Source: Nemertoderma westbladi
Lineage: Eukaryota > Animalia > Xenacoelomorpha
DNA length: 64,000 nt
Assembly (NCBI GenBank): GCA_032718475.1
Contig: JAUCBJ010007936.1
Span: forward strand, 160,186 to 224,185
Direction of reading: 5' to 3'
This document shows, one piece after another, positions 1 through 13,174 of this stretch. The notes below the pieces were generated by a model. That model saw only the letters and a program-made list of their open reading frames with translations. It was not told where the DNA came from and ran no database searches. The translations under genes were made by a program, and so were the position numbers. Each line of letters opens with the position of its first letter. Position 1 is the first letter of the stretch.

Positions 1-1109
1 AAATGGTTAGGCCTGCCATAACATGGAAAACATTTGATTATATACATACAGTTAAGATGGGAACAACCAATAAGGCGTAAGAATGCTAGAAAGTGTGACA
101 ACCACTAGGAGTTCAGTACTATGATAAACGATGCCGGGCAATGGATAAACAAGATTAACGATGGCATATGGCACGGATTGGACACAAAATATTATGCACA
201 CAGAAGTGGAAAAATTATCTGACAAAAATATAAGATTTCGATATGCAGTTAGCGTGTGCATCAAAAAGTGGAGCAGTTGTGATGCTTGACAGTTGGTCCT
301 GGAGATGCTGTTCCACAGTATGATTAACATCCCGAGGTACTTGGGTTTATCACCCAGTTTTTGGTCTTGGCTTGGACCATGAATGACAGGGTGGCTGACT
401 TCCCAGCTGGTCCTGAACTAATCATCAAGCAAGCTTATAGTAGCGCCTTTTTTGGCTTTTCCTTTGGTATCCTGAAAGCATCCATAAGTTGTAAATAGCC
501 GCAAGTTGTGCTTGTGGGATTGTATGGTCCCAGGCTTGACTGTTCCATCGACCGCAGTACATGTTTTATGTTGTCTAAAGAGACAGGCTCCATTATCTCC
601 CACGCAGTTTCGTTTATTTGGGCTGGAGTTCTTTCTGTTAAAACATATACTGTAAAAGGTTACAATTATCAGTTAATAATTTATGTGATTTATTTTATGA
701 AATAAAATAATTCAATTAAAATCTGAACCCGCCACCCCCATCCGCAGTATGTAACATATTTTACTATCGTTTTATTCCCAATAAACGTCAACGTTTGTTA
801 GTAGATCCTGCATGTAGGTTGGCCTGGGCACATCATCTGGACGAAGTAGCCGTCACACTCATAGCATTCTGGTCTGCAATCACACTGCAAATTAGTAATG
901 AAATAGTATTATTATATTATATTAATTAAATCGGCCCATCTTTTTTCCTTTTATTTTTCCTTTTATTTCTTAAAAAAATTTTTTTGGGGGGGTGTGGGTG
1001 GGGGGATTATGGATTTCAATACCGGAAGTACTAGAAAACCTAGATACACATTTGTTTCAATTATAGTTTGGCCTTCTCTAGATATTTTCAACCTTATTCT
1101 ACTCTGTAC

Positions 1110-2368
1110 TAGTGTGGTGCGTTTTTTACTTTTTTTTCGATTTCATTGTTCTACCGGTGCACAAAAGTTGCAAAATGGTAAAAAAATAAGGCATAAAAAT
1201 AAAAATAAAAATTTCCTTAAATTTCGTCTATATCTTCACGGATCCCAAGAGGGCTGAAATTTTGAGCCATCGCGATGCACCATAATGAAATTTATAACAA
1301 TACAACACATTGATGAAATATCAATGACTCAAGAAAGAACTTCATGCATGCATCAAATGTCATCAAATGGGTCCAAACTTAGTTAGAAACCAAAATTTTG
1401 ATTTTGGGACCAATGGAAGTAGTGCCACAGGCACATGACCAAAACCTACTCTTTGGCGCAAGTACCTCTTATTCTCAATTTTGGTGACGGACAACTTTTA
1501 GTTCTCCCATGGCATTAATAGTAGGCTCATTAGAACCGCAATGACCGATTTAGTGGGGGTAGACACCATCAAAACAAGCATAGAGCGAATAGTTCTTGAG
1601 GTATTACAGAAAATGTTAAGTCCGACACAAGTCAACATTACCGCCTTGATGATTTATAGACAAATACACAAAAATCTTACTTCTAGTTATCTTAAGGCAT
1701 TAAAAATATACACATCACTGCAACAAATTGATTTAGTGTATACAGACACCTTCAAACTTAAAGATTAGTGATTAATTCACTATAGTTTTTGTACAAAATG
1801 TGTGGGATGGGTCAACTCAATATCAAGTATTAATTGGTGGACATAGTCTTGACATTTTGTAAAATAACTCAAGAACTAATGACTCTACTCTTATTTTGAA
1901 GATGTCTACACCCACTATATCGATCATTTCTGTGATGTGTCTATTTTTGAATCCTTGAGATAATTCAAAGTATCATTTTTAGTGTATTTGTCCATAAGGG
2001 TTGAAATGGGTTGGATTTACTTTACTGTATTTGAACCATAGAAAAATAGTTTTCAGTCCATATGTACCTGTTTGTGCTTTAGAGGCCTGAATCAAAATGT
2101 AAGAACAAAAATAAGCAAAGTCTCTGATCTCCGGCTCTGGTCTCCGGTATTTTTCAAAATATTTCTCCGGGTAGGTCTCTGGTTCACCGGGATTAAGAAA
2201 AACAGGTGTCTGTTGCAACTCTAGGGTTGTCTATTACGGTACTATTAATATTAATCCCTTCTAACGTATCACAGTCAGTTAAAGAAATCTTTTTTACCAT
2301 ATTTGGCAACTTTTGTGCACCGGTAGAACAATGAAATCGAAAAAAAAAGTAAAAAACGCACCACACTA
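1110..2368. mobile_element. Non-autonomous hAT-type element (MITE), about 1.26 kb
   Basis: About 80-bp TIRs (TAGTGTGGTGCGTTTTTTAC... at 1110; ...GTAAAAAACGCACCACACTA ending 2368). 8-bp flanks CTCTGTAC/CTGTGTAC (1 mismatch). No transposase ORF inside. Confidence 0.85.
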
Positions 2369-2679
2369 CTGTGTACTGTATGTCATACATTCACTCTGGT
2401 CCTAGCATTCACTTACTGATTAGTGTCTATCAGACTATTGGTGTGATTATCAGTTATTGTAGCTGCATTTATACTATTATCTTAGGTGTTGGTAAGATTA
2501 GAACTGTCAATGTATGCTATCAACCAATGAGTTTCTGACCTAGTTTCATCTTATGTTATTATACGATTATGTACATTAACTCCTCCCTAAAGGCCGCTTG
2601 TCGATTTTTATGTAAAAGATACAATGCCGAGATAACATGACGTAGTGGCCGGTTTCTGTCAGTAACACTTCCCCCGAAA

Positions 2680-2860
2680 CAGGGAACAACTCATATAGAA
2701 ATACCTCATATATAGGGAACACATCATATATAGGGGACACCTTATATATAGAGAACACTTCATATATAGGGGACACCTTATATATAGAGAACACTTCATA
2801 TATAGGGGACACCTTATATATAGGGAACACATCATATATAGGGGACACCTTATATTGGGA
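2680..2860. repeat. 18-bp minisatellite with alternating variants
   Basis: Units like CATATATAGGGGACACCT and TATATATAGAGAACACTT alternate, about 9 copies. Confidence 0.85.
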
Positions 2861-3132
2861 CAGTAGTAAGTGAAGTGGAATCTATTTTAGTTACACTATC
2901 TACTATATTCTACTGTACTGTATCTATTCTTACTACTCCACTGTACTTTATCTATTCTTACAACTGTAACACCCTACTGTATTGTATATATTGTTACTAC
3001 TCTACTGTACATACACCCTACCTACTGTCTTTGCTTTGCTACCGGTACTGTAAACTTTTCTATAATTTGTTCAGTAATTTTTCATTATTGTACTAAACTT
3101 AGTTAAATTAGCAGTCTGCCCAACCCTGTAAC

Positions 3133-3370
3133 TGTAGTTTATAGATAGATACACTTAGGGAGTTTGAGTGGTGGAGGGAAATTCAAAAACGAGAGAAACA
3201 CAGTTAGAGACTAGGTATATATTACCGGTACTAGCGTAGTGTGAGTGTGACTGTTATGTTACGCGCTGTCCAGCAGTAGACTGGGCAGCACCATTACACC
3301 GTATATTAATTACTGAACGAATATATATTGTACTATGTTTATGTAATTTATGGACCTTTTATATACAACA
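3133..3370 (+). repeat. 5' LTR of Gypsy element 1
   Basis: Near-identical to 8161-8398 apart from a few small indels and substitutions; followed by the PBS. Confidence 0.95.
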
Positions 3371-3617
3371 TGGCGCAGTGTGTAGGATTGCTGGAATGTC
3401 TATAATGGCGGAATGGAAGTATAACTAAATACAGGAATTCTGAAATCCTGGATCCACGCAATATCTGATTTCTGAAGTTAAGCAGATGTAACTGTGAGTT
3501 AAAGAAGGCTATATAATATACTTAAAATATATTATATAATAGTTTATTTTTCTTGCCGCTAAACTGTCAGATATTGACGTCAATAATTTAATCGTTCATT
3601 AAAATAATTACATACGG

Positions 3618-6600
3618 ATGGAAAAACTGAAAAACTCAAGAAGGGCTCATAAAGGTTATTTAAATGCCAGTGAACACGATTTCCACCAGAAAGCGGCTCA
3701 AATTCAAATGCCTTACAACGAGGATGATGTCGCAACACTGGAAATCGCCCTTAATGAGTTGGTCAACCGTTGGGAACGGTACAGTGAAGCCAACTTCCAC
3801 GTGGTGGAATACCAGGATATTCCACAACCGGAGGAGGATGAATATTTTTCTAAAATGCATTCTTCGGTAATGGAAGCAAAATTTTTTACTGGAAAAGTAA
3901 AATAGAAATTTGGTTTCAATTGAGAATCCGATACAGACTGGTCCACCAGTTGTATCCGGATCCAGGCCCAGTTCGTCAACTCCAAAGCGGACTGTTAGGG
4001 CTCCGCCATCCCTAGAAAAAGGGATAGACTTGAGAGAATTTGACGAATGGATGGAAAACTGGAATGATTATTATCTGTTGGCACATTTAAAGGATTGTTC
4101 CAGGGAGACGCAAATTGCAACTCTACATCAACTTTTTTCACCAGGCTTCACAAACATGGTGAAATATGTGGCCGGAATAGATAGAGATAAAATCTCTGGG
4201 ACTGAGGAAATGTTAAACCTTATCAGAAAACATCTGAAATCTGTAAGAAATCCTAATGTAGATTGGCAAAAATATTTAACTCACCGCCAAAATCATAGAA
4301 ATATTTCTGATTATTATGCCAGTTTACTTTATTCTGCGGAATATGTGGATAAGGTTGATAAACAAACTCTCAATACTGCATTATTCGTCCTCGGCCTCGA
4401 TGATAATGATCTCCGGCGATGAATTATAGAGAAAGTACCTCCTCTTGATTTATTGGGTGCCTACCAATTTGCTCAGGCTAATGAAGTAGCTGAGGCGGGT
4501 AAATCTACATCACTAAATTCCCAGTCCGCAATAGCAGGAATCAAAAACAAATCTGAGTACAAAAAGGGTAAATTTAAACAAAAAGAGCAAAACAAAACAA
4601 ATTTGATAACTAACTCTTTAAATGACGAAAAACCTATTTTGAAAACTAGCAATGACTTTGAAAGATGCAGCCGTTGTGCCTATCCTAAACATGTTGATAA
4701 TACTATATGCCCTGCAAAGGATCGCAACTGCATTTCATGTGGAAGAAAGGGCCATTTTCAGTCAGTTTGTAGAAATAAAAACAAAAATATATCTGGGATA
4801 CGTCGTGTAGCAAGTACAAACTATTGTACAAATTCACATACAGTTGATATTTTGGTAAAAGACGTAGATACCGGGAAAAAACTTGCTATTGTTCCAGCTT
4901 ATGCTGATAGTGGATCAGATGACACTGTTGCTGGGAACGGTTTTCTATTTGCAATTGGAAAATCGAAAGTTATGTTGGGTCCACAAGGAGAGAAGTTACA
5001 AAATGTGAATAGGGATTATTTAGACCAAGCTGGAACTATCACTGTAATTTTAGAATTGGAAGGAATATCAGTAAAATCTACTATAATAATTTGTTACGAT
5101 GTTGATGATTTTTACTTATCAAGGAATATGTGTAAACAACTTCATTTAATTCATAAAGATTTTCCCAGGCCATTACCACCTCATCTATTCATGGCAAATA
5201 TCTCAAAAACCGAGAACAATCTAAATAATACAACAATATCTAATACAACAATTACAAATCAATATATATTTCCAATAGATGAAAGGAAGCGTTGGTTAGC
5301 TACATTGCCAATAAACCCTACTGAGGCACAATGTGAGCCATAATCACAACACTAAAATCAATTTATGCAACTGTTTTTGACACTGGGGAGGAGTTAAAAA
5401 CAATGACTGGTCCAGTAGTCGGCCACCCAATGAAAATATTGTTAAAACCAGACTTTGTACCTTTCAAAATAAAGGTACCAAGACAAATAGCATACGCATA
5501 CCGGGAAAAGGTTAAGAAGGAACTTGACCATATCGTCGATATAGGTGTTATTATTCCTTTAGGGGATGAAAATGTTGAATGGTGTCATCCACTTGTGGTT
5601 GTCGATAAACCTGGAGGTGGCATACATATATGTGTGGATTTAACCAAACTTAATCGTCAGGTTATTAAAACATTTCATCCTATAAGAACACCAGACGAAG
5701 CAGTTGCAACAATTTCTAAAAACTCAAAGTGGTTCTCGAAATTAGACGCAACAAAGGGCTACTGGCAGATGGAATTGGAAACATCTAGCCAATATCTAAC
5801 GACATTCATAACACCCCGGGGGCGTTATCGCTTCACAAGAGCTCCAATGGGGTTCATTAGCACTGGTGATTCATATTCATGGAGAGGAGATATTGCTTTC
5901 GAAGGTATTGACAACTTTGTCAAAGTTGTTGATGATATGTTAGTGGATTCTGAGACATTTCCACTTCATATTGATAGCATATGTGAGGTTCTAGAACGCT
6001 GTGTAAAAAGTAATATTACACTTAATCCAGAGAAATGCATGTTCGCTAAGAGAAAGATAATGTTTGTAGGTTATCTGATTAGCCACAATGCAATAGAAGC
6101 TGACCCCCAAAAAATTGATGCCATAGCAAATTTTCCTATTCCAACTAATCGTACAGATTTACGTTCATTCTTGGGCTTGGTAAATCAATTAGGGCATTTC
6201 TCTTCTAATATATCTACAATGGCTGAACCTTTGAGATGTGACTTGAAATCTAAAATGGCGTTCATATGGCTACCAGAACAACAAAGAGCTTTTGAAAATG
6301 TCAAGCAGGCTCTTGTATCGCCACCAATTTTGGCCCAATTTGACCCATCAGCACCGACGTCGCTTCATACTGATGCTGCACGAACTAGGGAATTTGGGAA
6401 TGCCTTAATGCAACAACAGAATGGACACTGGAGATTAATCCAATGTGGTTCACGTTTTCTACGGGATGTAGAAACTAGATATGCAACCATAGAACTGGAA
6501 GCTTTAGCTGTCTTATGGGCAACACGCAAATGTCGGATATATCTTGCTGGTTTGGATAACTATAAAGTAGTAACTGATCATCGTCCTCTAATTCCAATCC

Positions 6601-8084
6601 TTAATCATTATACTATGGATATGGTTGACAACCCAAGACTTAAGTCATATCTTGAAAAACTATCTGGATACAATTTTACCACTGTATGGAAAAAGGGTAG
6701 TGAACATCTTGTTCCAGATGCACTTTCAAGATCACCAGTATCAGATCCGGATGATACTGATAGTGATGTTGATACAACACGTAGAGTAACAGCTACTATA
6801 CAAAGAATTGTTGAAACAATTTCTGTGAGTACAGAAAACACTGACCCAGTCTTGGTTGAATTAAGTGACATAGGGTCAAATGACACAGACTATATCATAT
6901 TGAAAGAATGTATAATTAATGGCACTGTCAATGACAATAAATATGTTAAATCTTTTGATAAGATTTGGGGTGAATTAAGTGTCACTAATAACTTGGTTAT
7001 GCGGGGGAACCGCATAGTAATACCAAATAATGCTAAAGAATGGATACTTAAGAGACTTCATGCAGGTCATCTAGGTATTGTTCGATCTAAACAACGTGCA
7101 AGGCAAGTGGTTTATTGGTTAGGAATGAATTCTGATCTTGAGAACTATGTAAGAAACTGTTCCGAATGTCAATTCCATCAAGCAAGCAATCCTCATGAGG
7201 ATATGATTTCTGATAATATTCCTAATACTTGTTTTGAGACTACAACTAGTGATCTGTTTTACAAAGACGGTTATCATTATTTAGTATATGCAGATCGTAA
7301 AAGTGGATATCCTTTTGTGTGTAGATTTGAAAGAGATCCATCATCTCAACAAGTGATAAATAAACTCTTACAATGGTTTGCAATAATGGGAATACCATAC
7401 AAATTAAGATCAGATTCAGGACCTCAGTACAACTCAGAGGCTATGAAGGCCTTTCTTAAGGAATATGGAGTTATATGGGAGCCCTCATCGCCACATTACC
7501 CTCAAAGTAATGGGCATGCAGAGGCCATGGTCAAAATTATTAAAAGATTGGTTAGCAAAACATCTACTGATATTGTATCAAGGAAATTCCAAGATGGTTT
7601 AATGGAAATACGTAATACACCAAAGTCAGATGGACTATCACCATCATAGATGTTGTTTGGACATAGTACTCGTACAAATGTACCTGTACATAAAGATGTA
7701 TTAAATCCAATTACTATAGAAAATGTGATAAATGCCGACAACATGAGAGAAGTTATATCAAAGAAAACCGAGGCACACTATAACCGAGATTCTAGAACAT
7801 TACATCCAATACTAAGAGGTCAACATGTTTGTATTCAAAATCCCGACACAAAGAAGAGGGATCGAAATGGAGAAGTGGTGTGCTGTGATAATCACCGAAC
7901 CTATACTGTCCGTCTACAATCAGGGTCTTTTCTTAGACGTAACAGACGTTTTTTACGACTTATGGGATCAGGAGGGAAATTCAAACAAACATTTAAAGAA
8001 TCTTCAGATTCAGAGACAAGTGAGACAATCGTCAGACGAAAAAGTGATCGTGTAAAGAAGCCAACAAATTTTTATCAGGCATAG
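3618..8084 (+). pseudogene. gag-pol of Gypsy element 1 (frameshifts and in-frame stops)
   Basis: Tandem zinc knuckles CSRC...H...C / CISCGRKGHFQSVC; protease ADSGS; RT LDATKGYWQ and VVDD; RNase H TDAA...YATIELE...TDHRPL; integrase HxxHxG...CSEC, SDSGPQY, SNGHAE. Breaks near 3905, 4420, 5343 and 7647. Confidence 0.93.
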
Positions 8085-8160
8085 ATCGATATTTATTAAA
8101 CTCTTCAATTGATTGGTTCATATCTTTAGTTAAACTGTTGTAGATATGAACCAGGGGGCG

Positions 8161-8398
8161 TGTAGTATATAGATACACTTAGGGAGTTTGAGTGGTGGAG
8201 GGAAATTCAAAAACGAGAGAAACACAGTTAGAGACTAGGTATATATTACCGGTACTAGCGTAGTGTGAGTGTGACTGTTATGTTACGCGCTGTCCAGCAG
8301 TAGACTGGGCTGGGCAGCACCATTACACCGTATATTAATTACTGAACGAATATATATTGTACTATGTTATGTCATTTATGGACCTTTTATATACAACA
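8161..8398 (+). repeat. 3' LTR of Gypsy element 1
   Basis: Direct repeat of 3133-3370, followed by TSD GTAAC. Confidence 0.95.
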
Positions 8399-8571
8399 GT
8401 AACCATACATATTGATTATATAATCTAATATTTTCTAATTATTCTAGTACTTCATTATCAAGCGCATAATATTTGTTAATTTTGTTTACATTTGTCTTTA
8501 TTTTAATTTAGGTCATTTTCTGTAATAATTATAACAATTAATTAGTACCTACTGTAGTTGTTTTTTGGCTG

Positions 8572-9414
8572 ATGATGTATATAATAGATACAGAACAACT
8601 ATACATCAAACCAGCAAATGCAGGGATTTTTATAAATTACCACAGCGCACACCCGAGATCGGTAATAAATAACTCCACAAGATATTCATTCTGGCGAGCC
8701 ATCAACAACAGCAACAAAAGCGAGGGCTACACACGGAGTACCCAGAAAGTCAAGGACGTCTTACTACAGAACGAGTTTCCAGCGAGAGTCAATAAAAAAC
8801 TGCTAGTATCAGTTGAGAAACCACGGCGCAAATCACAACGACCTAAAGCAACAGAAGTTCAGAAGCTCCCAATCAGGCTTTCAAACATTAACGAAACGAT
8901 AACTCGAGAAATTAGCAAAGTCATCAATAGAAGCACATTGAAAGAAATTACCCAGGCAGCTTACACACCAGGCACAGGCACAAAACTCAAACAGAAATTA
9001 ATAAGATCAGCCCTTCACCCACCCAAATGCCCAGCACCGGCCACATGCCCCCTGTTACACCTGCAACATCAACATACCAAATTGTACAATCCGAAATGTC
9101 GTCTATGACTTAGAGTGTCCCCTTTGCCAATCCAGATACGTGGGCGAGACATACGACCAACTAAGAGTAAGACTCCGGCAACACTACAACAGCTTCAGGA
9201 GGGAAGACGATACGATGATAGCATAATTCTAGAACACTACCACATGTTCCACCCAGAAATCGACCACAAGAACATAAAACAACCACTATTAGGCAAAGTG
9301 TTTCGAAAGAGCAGAGATTGGGCAGACCGCAAAATAACTGAAAAACTAATAATAAAAACAACAACACCCAGCATCAACACACATCACACCAACAACTTTG
9401 ACACTGGATGGTAG
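8572..9414 (+). mobile_element. Penelope-like retroelement fragment (RT thumb plus GIY-YIG endonuclease), frameshifted
   Basis: LYIKP...INYHSAHP thumb motif. An unlisted frame at about 9062-9225 reads CTIRNVVYDLECPLCQSRYVGETYDQLRVRLRQH (GIY-YIG). C-terminal RKITEKLIIKTTTPSIN. Confidence 0.88.
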
Positions 9415-9730
9415 ACTCTATGCTCTATATTCAATTTATATTTATACTTATATTTAAATTTATGGTTCAAAATTCCCGCCAGTTTCTCATAAGGTAGGTT
9501 TCACATAGGGGTAGCGCATTTTCTGACCAAAAAGACGAATTTTTGAAACATATCCTATCTGATGCAGAATTTCATGCTGAATCCAAATATGGAAACCGTT
9601 TTCCCATATCTTGCTTAGTTTTCGAGATATCTGGGATAGAAGATACTGGCTCCGATATATCACGATATCGGTAAGGCGATGAAGTTTGGGGTTTGCATTC
9701 AATTTCTGCAAATTTCTGTGCCCAGTGGTG

Positions 9731-9903
9731 CCAATGGGGTACAAATTCAAAACCAGATTAATTAGATGCAATAATATCACAGAAACACAATGGCGTTTAC
9801 AGAATTCAATAAGATGCTAAAATAGCCGAGATATTTGTGTTTTCAGTTTAAAAATTATTCAAAATATGAAATCGATCTGTGATTGGTCGTGACGTCACTA
9901 TAC
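9731..9903. repeat. Interspersed repeat, inverted copy of 30397-30575
   Basis: About 170 bp of high similarity in opposite orientation (AACCAGATTAATTAGATGCAATAATATCACAGAAACAC...GATTGGTCGTGACGTCACTATAC). Class unresolved. Confidence 0.8.
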
Positions 9904-10372
9904 GCCTCTGAATTCAATTTATATCAGCATTCAGATACCTAATACAATCTTTGTATAAATTGGGGCAGTTTGTTGCTGCAGGGACTGCTATATTAGTACT
10001 GTAGTACAGCAGTACAGTGCAGCAGTCACCTGTACAAGCACTGCAGCATTGTATACTTGCTTATTTATATGGCGAACGGAGAGTAAACGGGACAACGGCA
10101 AGGCACAAGGAGGAGCGAACAGGGGTTCCTGGAACTGGAACAACGGCAATGGCTGAACGGCAAGGAGGAGCGAATACGGCGAATGGGAGTACCTGGAGCG
10201 GACCCGCGAGCCGGAATGCCCAATGAGAATGTCCCATTAACACTAATTTGCATGATAATTTTTTTTTACATTATTGCACAATGGGACTACAATTGTAGTC
10301 AATTGATTCTAGTTAAATTTTAACATATTTTGGAGAGTTTAGTCTTACAATTGACATATTTGTACATAAAAA

Positions 10373-12346
10373 ATGGATGGTATAATAATTAGTGCAGCAT
10401 CTTGTTGTGATGTTCACTGTAGTAACCCTGAACATTTAAGCAGTCTTAAAATATCTTACGACCAAGTTATTGGTGCTATTAAATCTAGTGTAGATAAGTA
10501 TATCCCTACTTCTAAGTGTAGTTATAACAGTAGGACTACTAATGCTGTTCCCGGTTGGAACGAGTTTGTTAAAGAAAAATATGAAGCGGCGCAGGAGGCC
10601 TTTCATATATGGTGTGAGCAGGGGCGACCGAGATTCGGTTTTATTTGGGACGTGAAACGGCGTGCAACCGCGCAGTTCAAATTGGCCCTGCGTAATTGTC
10701 GTCGGTCTGTGCAGTCTATCAGAGACGACAAATTAGCTCAGTCTTTTATTGATAGTAAAAACGATTTTTGGAGTTCAGTGCGATCGCGAAATAACGCGAA
10801 AATTAAACGTTCCAATAATGTTGGTGGTGCTAATTCCGAACCGGAAATAGCTGATCTTTTTAAGAGTAGTTATGAGCATATCTTTAACTCAGTGCCGTGT
10901 AAGGATGATGATTTTGTCTACGTGAAAGGTGTGTTTGATAATTGGGATGGTTCTAATTATGTGCATATTACTCCGTCTATGGTTTATGAGGCGGTTCAGA
11001 GTCTTTCTAAAGGAAAGGCTGCAGGTCCGGATGGGATTTTTCCAGAAAGTTTAATATTTGCAGGGCCGCGTTTGTCAGTAATGTTAGCCCTATTATTTAA
11101 TGCTTTTTTGGTTCATGGTTATTTGCCTAATAGCTTTATTACTTCTAGTATTTTACCTGTAATTAAAAATAAGAATGCTAGTTATTCTGATTTCACTAAT
11201 TACAGACCTATAGCTGTTGCTAACGCGATATCGAAAGTATTTGAGGCATGTATACTGCCTTTTATCAAGGGTCGTGCTAAGTGTACTGATAATCAATTCG
11301 GTTTTCAGTCAGCTCTAGGCACTGAAATGTGTATTTTTGCGTTAAAAGAAACTGTTCATTTATATGTCAGTCGAGAATCTCCAGTGTATTCGGCGTTCTT
11401 AGATGCGTCTAAGGCGTTTGACCGGGTAAATCATTTTAAATTGTTTAGACAGCTATTGGATATTAATGTACCGGTTTCAATTGTGCGTATTCTTTCCTTT
11501 TGGTATTCAAATCAATATATTTTTGTAAGATGGGGAAGTGCTTCCTCGGATGTCTTCACTGTTACTAATGGTGTACGACAGGGGAGCCTTCTCAGCCCTG
11601 TTCTCTTTAATATCTATATGACGGAATTAAGTAGACGCTTGAACGACTCTTTTGTTGGTTGCAAAGTAGGTTCCATTATTATTAATAATCTTTTTTATGC
11701 AGACGATCTATGTTTATTATCCCCTAGCATTTTTGGTCTACGTAAGTTAATTGCTATTTGTGAAAAGTTTGGGGTGGAATTTGATATTGAATTTAACCCG
11801 CTTAAATCTCACTGTATGTATTTTCTTCCTTATAGAATTAACCGTGCTGGTGATGTATATCTTTGTGGTAAACCATTACATTGTGTTAAGGAGGTTAATT
11901 ACCTTGGGCATACAATTACTTGCGATCTAAGCGATGAATCAGATATGAAACGTATAATGTGCTCAATGTATTGTAGGGGTAACCAGATTGCTAGATTATT
12001 TTCGAATTGTTCATATGATGTAAAGTTAACCTTATTTAGATCCTACTGTTACAGCATGTACTGTTGCTCACTCTGGTCTATATTTCGTGTTGAGAATTTG
12101 CGCAAGGTTAAGGTAGCTTATAATACTGCTTTTAGATCACTTTTCAAATATTCTAGAACTGAGGACGCTAGTGAAATTTTTGTAAATAATAGGATCAATA
12201 CTTTTAGGGCTATGCAGAGAAGTAATATTTTTTCTTTGCTACGACGTATTGATATTTCACAAAACATCATTATTCGTGTAATTGCTAACGTTTCTCCTCT
12301 CTCGGTGTTGCGTAAGAGGTGGTTAGTGGTGCTTGGGGTAACCTAA
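10373..12346 (+). CDS. Reverse transcriptase ORF of a 5'-truncated RTEX-like LINE (no endonuclease domain)
   Basis: 657-aa open frame with PGWN, NYRPIA, QFGF, FLDASKAFD, GVRQGSLLSP, YADD and YLG. The first ~7 codons come from flanking DNA. Confidence 0.85.
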   Translation: MDGIIISAASCCDVHCSNPEHLSSLKISYDQVIGAIKSSVDKYIPTSKCSYNSRTTNAVPGWNEFVKEKYEAAQEAFHIWCEQGRPRFGFIWDVKRRATAQFKLALRNCRRSVQSIRDDKLAQSFIDSKNDFWSSVRSRNNAKIKRSNNVGGANSEPEIADLFKSSYEHIFNSVPCKDDDFVYVKGVFDNWDGSNYVHITPSMVYEAVQSLSKGKAAGPDGIFPESLIFAGPRLSVMLALLFNAFLVHGYLPNSFITSSILPVIKNKNASYSDFTNYRPIAVANAISKVFEACILPFIKGRAKCTDNQFGFQSALGTEMCIFALKETVHLYVSRESPVYSAFLDASKAFDRVNHFKLFRQLLDINVPVSIVRILSFWYSNQYIFVRWGSASSDVFTVTNGVRQGSLLSPVLFNIYMTELSRRLNDSFVGCKVGSIIINNLFYADDLCLLSPSIFGLRKLIAICEKFGVEFDIEFNPLKSHCMYFLPYRINRAGDVYLCGKPLHCVKEVNYLGHTITCDLSDESDMKRIMCSMYCRGNQIARLFSNCSYDVKLTLFRSYCYSMYCCSLWSIFRVENLRKVKVAYNTAFRSLFKYSRTEDASEIFVNNRINTFRAMQRSNIFSLLRRIDISQNIIIRVIANVSPLSVLRKRWLVVLGVT

Positions 12347-12825
12347 TTTTCTGATTTTGTGTTTTATGTAAAATTTTTTGAATTTTTTTCCGCTGTAAAA
12401 TCTTTTGAATATTTTTTCGTTGTAAAAATTATTGAATTTTTATTCTACTTAAACTACATTATTTTTGTGTTTTATTCTTAGTCTATCTTTTATATAAACT
12501 ATTGTCATTGTAAAGAGTGAATAACTTTCGTGCAGTTCTTAGAATTAATATTTTCTCCTTACTTAGCCGTACTGCTAACTTTGAGAACTCAATCATGCCT
12601 GTATCTCAATCACTAATTCTTTATTACATTGTCATTGGAACATTGTTCTTGGTGCTGTTTAATATTGCAATATTTGATTGGTAATTCCCCGTTAAATGTT
12701 TCTCCTTTGTATTGATTTAATGTAAACTTGAATGAACTACTTACTTAATATTATTATGTGTGCTAATAAATAGGTGTCGTGTAGGTACAATGGGCCTTGG
12801 CCCGATGAATTAAATAATAATAATA
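10394..12825 (+). mobile_element. 5'-truncated RTEX-like non-LTR retrotransposon
   Basis: RT ORF, ~470-bp 3' UTR and (TAA)n tail at 12811-12833. ATAATAATTAGT at both 10382-10393 and 12826-12837 (TSD overlapping the tail). Confidence 0.85.
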
Positions 12826-13174
12826 ATAATAATTAGTATGTGTGATTTTCAGTCAGTCTGTCAGTCTATGTGTCCAACAATTTTTTTAACATCTTGAACT
12901 TTTCCGAACTATTAAATTCCCAAGAGTGTGTGTTTGTTCAGTTAGTGGTTAGTAAGTGTTTGTTAGTAAAATGAATAGAAAAATGCTGATCTGCTCACCA
13001 TAGCTATTCAATTTTATTGCATCTGCTAAATGTTCAGCAGAAAACTAAACCAACACACTACCGGAAAACGATACCAACAGACCAATGCAAAAAATAAACT
13101 CTATAAAATCATAAAACATAGGCATGGATAATATCAATGAACTCAACCAGCAGTCACTGACTCACTATGACTCA

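Larger units (their letters stand above)
3133..8398 (+). mobile_element. Full-length Ty3/Gypsy (Mag-like) LTR retrotransposon, defective
   Basis: TG...CA LTRs at 3133-3370 and 8161-8398. Perfect 5-bp TSD GTAAC. PBS TGGCGCAGTGTGTAGGAT at 3371; purine tract AGGGGGCG before the 3' LTR. Domain order gag-PR-RT-RH-IN. Confidence 0.96.

Noticed and set aside
1-705. Short ORFs at the window start
   Set aside because: No recognisable motifs; multiple stops in all frames examined.
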